Origin: a candidate division WOR-3 bacterium
GTDB taxonomy: Bacteria; Hydrothermota; Tepidihabitantia; Tepidihabitantales; Tepidihabitantaceae
Length of the DNA: 64,000 nt
Assembly: GCA_965648905.1 (NCBI GenBank)
Contig: CBFGIT010000010.1
Coordinates: forward strand, 43,914-107,913
Reading direction: 5' to 3'
The notes under the pieces were generated by a model. The model was not told the DNA's origin. It did not search any database and saw nothing but the letters and a program-made list of their open reading frames with translations. Each line of letters starts with the position of its first letter. Within the stretch, counting starts at the first letter, position 1. Below are positions 30,300 through 37,581 of this stretch, piece after piece. A program made the translations under genes and the position numbers.

Positions 30300-30761
30300 C
30301 TACTTCTTGCGCTTACGCGGTCGGCGCTGACCGGCCGCGCGCTTCGGCCCGGCGCTGGGGCCCGCACGTCTCTTTCGGCGCGGTCTTGCCGGCGCGACCT
30401 CTTCTACGCCCAGGGTCGTGACGTCCGCGAGGCGTCGGTTTGGTGGCCTGAGAGCTGCTTGTCGGCCTGTTGCCGCGGGCCCAAGCACCGCGGCCAGCCT
30501 GTCCTCTGGCCGTTCGACAACAGAGAGCAGCCGGGCCAGCAGCGTCGCGAACGCCTCTTTCTCGTCTTTGCCCTCGACCGCCATCACGACCTCATCGCCC
30601 GGCTCAGGGCCCAGGGTCATGACTTCGAGGTCGTCCTTGCCGTTGACCGTTTCCCTGCCCAGGCTGAGCGTGACCGTTGACCTGAATCGCGCTGCTGCGC
30701 GTGCAAAACCGAGCGCGGCTTCGGCGTTCCAGCCTTCAACCGCAATCGCGACCTTAGTCAA
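30300..30761 (-). CDS. HPr-fold protein lacking His15 and Ser46, with a basic C-terminal tail
   Basis: AARFRSTVTL...VNGK...VMTLG...GDEV...VEGKDEKEA matches HPr; GWNAEAA replaces GLHARPA; KDDL replaces KSIM. Confidence 0.75.
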   Translation of the reverse strand: MTKVAIAVEGWNAEAALGFARAAARFRSTVTLSLGRETVNGKDDLEVMTLGPEPGDEVVMAVEGKDEKEAFATLLARLLSVVERPEDRLAAVLGPAATGRQAALRPPNRRLADVTTLGVEEVAPARPRRKRRAGPSAGPKRAAGQRRPRKRKK

Positions 30762-31425
30762 TTGACCTCCTCTGGTCGCGCTTCTCTTTCAGCACTTCGC
30801 GGCCGCGCTTCAGATGGTTCCGCACGTCGCTCGCGCTCACCTTGAGTACCAGGGCGATCTCGCCGGGCGACAGCCCGGCCATGGTCAGGTAGAACACTTC
30901 TCTGGTCTGCGGGGTCAGCAACTCGCGCACGTCTTTGACCACTTCGAGCAGCCGCTCGCGCTGCTCGTGGTCTCTCTCGGGCGTGTGCTGTCTGCTAACT
31001 GTCAGGGCCTGTTCAATCTGGGTAATCCAGTCTGCCTCCTGGGGCCGTGCCGCGCCCTGGTCCTCAACGTCGTCGGATTGACCGGGTGAGTCGAACTCGA
31101 CCTCGCGGCCGGCCACGACCAGCACCGCCTTCTGTTCCTTGAGCAGCCGAAACTTGTAGATGCTGTACAGCCAGGCAAAGAACGACGAACGACCCTGGAA
31201 CGTGCCGACATTGTTGAAAGCATCGGCCAGCGTATCCTGCACCACTGCCTCGGCCCGAGCCCGGTCATGCAGCGAGGACGCGGCGTGGTTCAGCAGACCC
31301 TGCCGGTACTTCCTGTCCAACTCGTCGGCCGCGGCGTGGCCGTCCAGAATCCGGGCCACGGCATCAGCGTCCGGGTCCTCGGGCCGGCAGGGCCGGCGTG
31401 GCCTGGGGGCTTCACTCTTGGCCAT
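30754..31425 (-). CDS. ECF-type RNA polymerase sigma factor
   Basis: Region 2: AEAVVQDT...FQGRSSFFAWLYSI. Region 4: LTPQTREVF...GLSPGEIALVLKVS...VRNHLKRGRE. Confidence 0.9.
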   Translation of the reverse strand: MAKSEAPRPRRPCRPEDPDADAVARILDGHAAADELDRKYRQGLLNHAASSLHDRARAEAVVQDTLADAFNNVGTFQGRSSFFAWLYSIYKFRLLKEQKAVLVVAGREVEFDSPGQSDDVEDQGAARPQEADWITQIEQALTVSRQHTPERDHEQRERLLEVVKDVRELLTPQTREVFYLTMAGLSPGEIALVLKVSASDVRNHLKRGREVLKEKRDQRRSID

Positions 31426-31467
31426 GACGTTTCCTCACTGTAGTGCGGATTCGTCCCAAGTCAACGG

Positions 31468-31917
31468 CTACCGGCCATTGCGCAGGATGCCCAGTTCCTC
31501 GAGCACCTCGATGACCGCGGCCTCGACTCTGTCCAGCAGAATCGGGTCCAGACCCCGGACAGCCCACTTGTAGCGGACAATCTCGAACTCGGACTCCTGG
31601 CACGACGTCGGCACTGTGCGCCAGATGCGGCTCAGCTCGCGGCCAAAGTCGTTGTACCAGAATCGGATCAGGCCCGGCACGCAGGCCGCGTCGGTCACCT
31701 GGGCCACAGCCTGTTCCACCCGGCCCTGCAGCTCGGCCTGGGTGCGATACCTCTGCTGCATCTGCTCAGTTCGGAACGCGAGCCGACCAGCCAACCGCTC
31801 CGGCGTGTACTTCGCAGCCCACTTGGCAACGCGGCGCCTGACCTGCTCGGCCACCGGGTCGGGCGGCGTCGCTCCGGCATCCGTCATTCGAACTTCGTCG
31901 TCAGCACTTCTCTTCAT
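31468..31917 (-). CDS. Hypothetical helical protein resembling SIRV2/Adnaviria-type major capsid protein (paralogue 2)
   Basis: RBS GAAAGGAG before ATG 31917; RRVAKWAAKY...VPGLIRFWYNDFGRELSR...GLDPILLDRV. Confidence 0.6.
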   Translation of the reverse strand: MKRSADDEVRMTDAGATPPDPVAEQVRRRVAKWAAKYTPERLAGRLAFRTEQMQQRYRTQAELQGRVEQAVAQVTDAACVPGLIRFWYNDFGRELSRIWRTVPTSCQESEFEIVRYKWAVRGLDPILLDRVEAAVIEVLEELGILRNGR

Positions 31918-31928
31918 GAGTGCTCCTT

Positions 31929-31966
31929 TCACTGGCATTAGAGAAACCACGACCCCAAAACGCAAC
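31929..31966 (-). promoter_or_regulatory. Bipartite motif copy 2 (putative ECF-sigma promoter)
   Basis: GTTGCGT-N11-GGTTTCTCTAATGCCAGTGA on the minus strand, with the same spacing as copy 1. Confidence 0.65.
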
Positions 31967-32017
31967 ACCGCCCGTTCATCCGTCCTCACTTCTGCTTGCT
32001 TCTGTCTTTTCTTCACG

Positions 32018-32061
32018 TCTGCCATTCTGCACTCTGCAATCTGCATTCTGTCTTCTGCCTT
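32018..32061. repeat. Heptamer tandem repeat (TTCTGCA-like x6)
   Basis: tctgcca ttctgca ctctgca atctgca ttctgtc ttctgcc. Confidence 0.75.
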
Positions 32062-32676
32062 TGTCCTACCATATGACCATCCCCTGGCTGGTAAGGGGGA
32101 CGGTTCCCCTTTCCGAGCCCCCTGCCCCGACCCCGGCCCAACCCCCCTGGGCTAGCCCCGGCGCAGCGGCTACGCCTTCCCCTGCCCCAATCCTTTCGGC
32201 AACCCCTGCGCCTGCCGCCGCCCCGGGGGGTTCGGCGGCCAGGGCCCAGGCCCGATGCGTTCGCGGTTCCCCAGCCCGGGCCCAGACCGGTGTCGACCCC
32301 CCTTCCCATCCGCCCGCGCCTCCCCTTGCCCAACCCACCGCGACACCCCTCAGCCCGGCCGCAGAATTGCCGTCTGCGCGGTCTTGACTTGCGCAAGCTC
32401 AGCATTATTCTGTCGGACGATGGAACGCCAGTCGCTTGGTCCCGGGGCCCCTGGTGCGGGCAGGCGGTCGCTTCGACTCCGACGCCCGGGTCCGGGAGTT
32501 CCGTGGGTTCGTTGCGAAGCAATGGGGCGAGTCGGGCCACGACCGTATCGCACGGGCAGCAGTCTGGGCCCGGCCAGTGATGTCGGTTCCCTGTCCGGGA
32601 TACTCTGAAGCGAGGTAAGCTGGATGTCTCCCAACCTCTGGCACGTGCTCTTGACCCGTGCAACAGCCCGGGACGC

Positions 32677-35595
32677 ATGAGCACCGACTACCACGCGCAG
32701 TACTGGGCGCACGAACTGACCCGCCGCCGTGCGTCGGATGAATCGGACAAGTTCTCGTCTACGTTCTACAACGCCACCGTTGACCTGAACCCGCACCAGA
32801 TTGACGCGGCTCTCTTCGCCTTCCGCAACCCGCTATCGCGCGGCGCGATTCTGGCCGACGAGGTCGGCCTCGGCAAGACCATCGAAGCCGGACTGGTCAT
32901 CAGCCAGCTTTGGGCCGAGCGCAAGCGTCGTATCCTCTGTGTCGTGCCCGCGTCCATCCGCAAGCAGTGGCTGCAGGAGTTGCAGGAGAAGTTCTTCGTC
33001 CGGGCCACGATTCTCGAAACCGCCAGCTTCAACCAGGCGGTGCGCAACGGAACCGTGAATCCATTCGAGCGGGACGGCACCATCGTTATCTGCTCCTACA
33101 ACTTCGCTCGGACCCGTGAGAACGAACTGCGTCTCGTTCCGTGGGACCTCGTTGTGGTTGACGAGGCCCACCGTCTGCGAAACGTCTACAAGTCGGGCAA
33201 CAAGATTGCGAAGTCCATCTACGACTCCCTGCTGGAGCGGCCCAAGCTCCTGCTCACGGCGACCCCGCTCCAGAACTCGCTCATGGAGCTGTACGGCCTG
33301 GTCAGCTTCGTAGACGCCCACCTGTTCGGTAACGAAGACGCGTTCCGAGACCAGTATGCGCGGTACGGCGCAGACCTTGCCCCGGAGACCTATGCCGAGC
33401 TGCGTGCCCGACTGGCGCCGGTCTGCCAGCGAGCACTCAGGCGTCAGGTAGTTGAGTATGTCCGCTACACCAACCGCACCTCACTGACGCAGGACTTCTC
33501 GCCCACCGAGGACGAGGTCCGGCTCTATGAAGCAGTGTCCGGCTACCTGCAGCGGCCCGAATCGTTCGCCCTGCCAAAGAGCCAGCGCCAGTTGCTTACG
33601 CTCGTTCTGCGCAAGATTCTGGCATCATCTTCCTACGCAATCGCGGCCACCCTCGGCACCATGCTGGAACGCTTGGAGGCGTTGGAGGCAGGCCTCAAGG
33701 ACTCCGAAGCGCCTGACGTTGCCGATGCTGTTGCGACCGACTTCGAAGCCTTGGGGCAGACTCAAGAAGAGTGGACTGAGGCCGACGACGATGTCGTTGC
33801 CCGCGAGCGCAAAGCGAGCGACTCCGAGGAGCAGAAACGCATGCTAGAACTGCTCCGGGCCGAGATTGCCGACCTCCGCTCATACAAGGAACTGGCCACG
33901 TCCATTGTCGAGAACGCCAAAGCCAAGGCCCTGCTTTATGCTCTGGATGCCGGGTTCCGCAAAGCCGCAGAGCTCGCCGGCCCGCGTAAGGCGCTTATCT
34001 TCACCGAGTCCCGCCGCACCCAGATGTACCTGAAGGACTGGCTGGTGAAGAACGGCTATGCCGGGCAGGTCGTCACCTTCAATGGCACGAACACCGAGCC
34101 CGACTCAAAGCGCATCTACCGCGAATGGCGCGAGCGCCACAAGAACGACGACGCCGCTACCGGCTCGGCTTCGGCCGACATGCGTTCTGCCCTTGTCGAG
34201 GAGTTCCGGGACCGCGCCGCAATCATGATTGCCACCGAATCCGGCGCTGAGGGCGTCAACCTCCAGTTCTGCAACGTGGTCATCAACTACGACCTGCCCT
34301 GGAATCCCCAGCGCATCGAGCAGCGCATCGGCCGTTGCCACCGCTACGGTCAGAAGCACGACGTGGTTGTCATCAACTTCCTCAACCGCAAGAATGCGGC
34401 GGACCAGCGCGTATTTGAGTTGCTCCGCGACAAGTTCCGGCTCTTCGACGGCGTCTTCGGCGCTTCGGACGAGGTGCTTGGTGCGCTCGGCTCCGGCGCG
34501 GATTTCGAGAAGCGTATCAACGATATCTACCAGTGCTGCCGCACGCCCGAGGACATCACCAAGGCGTTCGACCAGTTGCAGCTCGACTTCGACGAGCGCA
34601 TCCAGTCCCGGCTGAGCGACGCCCGTGCCAAGCTGATGGAGAACTTCGATGAGGAGGTCCACCGCAGGCTCAAGCTCTATCAGAACGAAACTGATAAGCA
34701 ACTGGACCGGTTCCGTGAGTGGCTCTGGTTGCTCACCCGGCACGAGCTCGGCGACGCTGCCTTGTTCGGCGAAGGCCATTCATTCCGGCTGGACCGCGCG
34801 CCGGCAGGCGTCCGACTTGAACCGGAGCATCTCGGTCAGTATCGGCTGGTGACCGAGCGTAACGGAGAGCCCGAGCACCACTACCGCATCGGACACCCGC
34901 TGGCCGTGCAGCTCATCGAACGGGCCAAAGCACGAGCACTCTCGCCGTGCGAGGTTGTCGTCCGTTACGACCTGCACCGGGCGGCAAACCCGCGAATCAG
35001 CCTCGTAGAGGCTCTACAGGGCAAGACCGGCTGGCTGCGGCTTGGGCTGCTAACCGTGGACTCGTTCGAGCGGGAAGAATACCTGGTCTTCGCGGCAATG
35101 TGCGACGACGGCTCCCCGCTTGACGACGAGACCTGCCGCAAGCTGCTCTCAGTTGATGCCGAAACCGGAGCCACAGCCGCGCTGCCGCCGGACAAGTCGA
35201 GAGCGCTGGACGGACTTGCGAGAGAGTCGCAGGGCCGACTCCTTGCCCGCGTGACGGAGCGCAACCAGAAGTACTTCGAGCAGGAAATCGAGAAGCTCGA
35301 CGCATGGGCAGAAGACCTGAAAGAGAACCTCGAGCGAGAGCTGAAGGAATTGGACCGCGAGATTCGGGCGACCAAGAAACAGGCCCGGCAGATGATGGAC
35401 CTCGACCAGAAGGTCGCCCTGCACAAGAAAGCCAAAGAGACCGAGCGCAAGCGCAACGACAAGCGCCGGGCGCTCTTCGACCAGCATGACGCGATAGATA
35501 GGCAAAAAGACAGCGTGATCACGCGCGTCGAAACGCAACTCGCCCAGAAGGTCGAGATGAAGAAGCTGTTTGAGATAAGATGGAGGGTGGTGTAG
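32677..35595 (+). CDS. SNF2-family helicase (type III R-M-associated, RapA-like)
   Basis: LADEVGLGKT, VVDEAH, LTATP, EGVNLQ, DLPWNPQRIEQRIGR; C-terminal coiled coil. Confidence 0.93.
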   Translation: MSTDYHAQYWAHELTRRRASDESDKFSSTFYNATVDLNPHQIDAALFAFRNPLSRGAILADEVGLGKTIEAGLVISQLWAERKRRILCVVPASIRKQWLQELQEKFFVRATILETASFNQAVRNGTVNPFERDGTIVICSYNFARTRENELRLVPWDLVVVDEAHRLRNVYKSGNKIAKSIYDSLLERPKLLLTATPLQNSLMELYGLVSFVDAHLFGNEDAFRDQYARYGADLAPETYAELRARLAPVCQRALRRQVVEYVRYTNRTSLTQDFSPTEDEVRLYEAVSGYLQRPESFALPKSQRQLLTLVLRKILASSSYAIAATLGTMLERLEALEAGLKDSEAPDVADAVATDFEALGQTQEEWTEADDDVVARERKASDSEEQKRMLELLRAEIADLRSYKELATSIVENAKAKALLYALDAGFRKAAELAGPRKALIFTESRRTQMYLKDWLVKNGYAGQVVTFNGTNTEPDSKRIYREWRERHKNDDAATGSASADMRSALVEEFRDRAAIMIATESGAEGVNLQFCNVVINYDLPWNPQRIEQRIGRCHRYGQKHDVVVINFLNRKNAADQRVFELLRDKFRLFDGVFGASDEVLGALGSGADFEKRINDIYQCCRTPEDITKAFDQLQLDFDERIQSRLSDARAKLMENFDEEVHRRLKLYQNETDKQLDRFREWLWLLTRHELGDAALFGEGHSFRLDRAPAGVRLEPEHLGQYRLVTERNGEPEHHYRIGHPLAVQLIERAKARALSPCEVVVRYDLHRAANPRISLVEALQGKTGWLRLGLLTVDSFEREEYLVFAAMCDDGSPLDDETCRKLLSVDAETGATAALPPDKSRALDGLARESQGRLLARVTERNQKYFEQEIEKLDAWAEDLKENLERELKELDREIRATKKQARQMMDLDQKVALHKKAKETERKRNDKRRALFDQHDAIDRQKDSVITRVETQLAQKVEMKKLFEIRWRVV

Positions 35596-37581
35596 ATGTA
35601 TCTGGCTCGTGTCGAGATCACCAACTTCAGAATCTTCGGAGGCACCATCGGGAAGAACGGGGTGGTCGAGGCACCTGGGTTGGCGCTTGACCTTCGTCCC
35701 GGGTTGAATGCTCTTGTGGGCGGGAACGACTCGGGCAAGACCGCGTTTGTTGATGCAATCCGTGCCCTCCTGGGCATGACAAGCGATGAGTCGTACCCTC
35801 TTTCCCGCGAAGACTTCCACGTCTCTTCCGAGGGACCCGCAAAGGACTTATGGATACAGGGCGAGTTCCGGGAATTGACCAACGACGAAGGAGCTGCCTT
35901 GCTTGAGTGGCTCTGCCTTTCCGAGGTAGGCGGCAGGAAGCAGCCCGTGTTGCGGCTGATCATGCACGCGCACCGGTTTGAGCTTGTCGACAGGACGAGT
36001 CGGTGGGACAAGGAGATTGAAATTGAGGTGAAGGCGGGAGCTACGTTCGAAACCGGCAAACGCATGCAAGGCAAGGCGCGGGAGTTACTGCGGGCGACCT
36101 ACCTGCGACCTCTACGTGACGCTGACCGCGAGCTTTCCGCTGGTCGCGGCTCGCGTCTATCCCAGATTCTGGCCGCCCACCCAGACTTCAAGAAGGGCGA
36201 CCCGGGAAAGCCTCACCGTCTTGAGGAGATTGTGAGGAAGGCCGACACTGACGTACGCGGAGTAGCCTTGGTGAGGGCTGCCGTCAAAGACATCAACGAG
36301 GGCTACCTATCTCGACTCTCCATCCGGCAGAATCAGCTAGAAGCGGACATTCGCATGTCGCGCGTAGAGCTACGGAACATACTGGAGAGAATGGAGCTTC
36401 TGCTTCGGCCACCGAAGGGAATGCCCGACATGGGCGACCAGCGCTTCGACATTGAGCGCGGAATGGGATACACCAATCTGCTATTTATGGCTGCGGAGCT
36501 CCTGCTACTTGATAAGCGTACCACGCCGGCCATCCCTCTCGTCTTGATTGAGGAGCCGGAGGCGCACCTGCATCCTCAGTTGCAGGTCCGGCTGATGGAG
36601 TTTCTGGAGGAGCGCTGCTGCCCCGGCCAGGATAGCAGTGACAAGCGGACGCAACGTTGCCCACAGGCCATCGTGACAACGCACAGTCCGAACCTGGCCT
36701 CCGCGGCTGATGTTGAGAGTCTCATTCTATTTGAGCACGGACACGCGTTCCCGATGGGGCACAGCGCGACGGCACTTGCCGAGGGCGACTACGCTCATCT
36801 CCGACGTTTCCTGGACACTACCAAGGCCAACCTCTTCTTTGCGACTGGGGTGATGCTGGTCGAGGGCACGTCGGAGCAGATACTGGTTCCTGAGTTGGCC
36901 AAGATGCTGGGACGTCCGTTCGCCGAGTTCGGGGTTAGCGTAGTCACCGTGGGACACAAGGGTCTGTTCCGATATTCCAGGATATTCCAGCGCCTGCAGG
37001 GAGAAGCTCCGGACATCCGTGTGGCGTGCGTGATGGACACGGACGTCGCCTCGGACTGGAAGGTCGTTGACCCTGTCTACGGCAGACCTGAGAAGACTAC
37101 TGAGACGAACGTGGTCGAAGCCAAGAAGGAGAAACTGAAGAAGAGGTACAACGGCGGCCCTGTCCTTGCATTTGCTTCCACGCGCTGGACTCTGGAGCAC
37201 GACCTGGCCTTGGCTGGCTTGGCCCAAGAGGTCTATGCCGCGGTGCTGCTTGCTCAAGACAGCGAGAACGCGTCCGAGGTTGGAGCTGAGCAAGTGACGC
37301 AGGCGTTGGAGAAAGCGAACGCAGAGCTAGATGTGTGGCAGAAGGACGGATTCACTCCCGATAGAACCGCGTGTCAGGTCTACGCGTACCTGCTGGAGTC
37401 TGGTGTATCCAAGGCAGTCACTGCCGAACGTCTGGTGCAGATTCTCTGTCACGAAGTGGATGGTGACCGACTCGATGTAAATGCGCTGAAAGGAAAGCTC
37501 CCGGCCTACCTGATTGACGCTATCAACTACGTGACACGGGCAGACGCGAGCGCCCCCAAGACCGAGGAACCAATCAATTGA
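35596..37581 (+). CDS. OLD-family ATP-dependent endonuclease (GajA-like)
   Basis: GGNDSGKT, IEEPEAHLHPQ, TTHSP; TOPRIM motifs LVEG.SE and MDTD. Confidence 0.9.
   Translation: MYLARVEITNFRIFGGTIGKNGVVEAPGLALDLRPGLNALVGGNDSGKTAFVDAIRALLGMTSDESYPLSREDFHVSSEGPAKDLWIQGEFRELTNDEGAALLEWLCLSEVGGRKQPVLRLIMHAHRFELVDRTSRWDKEIEIEVKAGATFETGKRMQGKARELLRATYLRPLRDADRELSAGRGSRLSQILAAHPDFKKGDPGKPHRLEEIVRKADTDVRGVALVRAAVKDINEGYLSRLSIRQNQLEADIRMSRVELRNILERMELLLRPPKGMPDMGDQRFDIERGMGYTNLLFMAAELLLLDKRTTPAIPLVLIEEPEAHLHPQLQVRLMEFLEERCCPGQDSSDKRTQRCPQAIVTTHSPNLASAADVESLILFEHGHAFPMGHSATALAEGDYAHLRRFLDTTKANLFFATGVMLVEGTSEQILVPELAKMLGRPFAEFGVSVVTVGHKGLFRYSRIFQRLQGEAPDIRVACVMDTDVASDWKVVDPVYGRPEKTTETNVVEAKKEKLKKRYNGGPVLAFASTRWTLEHDLALAGLAQEVYAAVLLAQDSENASEVGAEQVTQALEKANAELDVWQKDGFTPDRTACQVYAYLLESGVSKAVTAERLVQILCHEVDGDRLDVNALKGKLPAYLIDAINYVTRADASAPKTEEPIN

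Noticed and set aside
32441..32494. tRNA gene (TTCGACTCC T-loop-like motif with a possible acceptor stem)
   Set aside because: Only about 19 nt separate the putative acceptor strand from the T-arm, so there is no room for D and anticodon arms, and there is no CCA.
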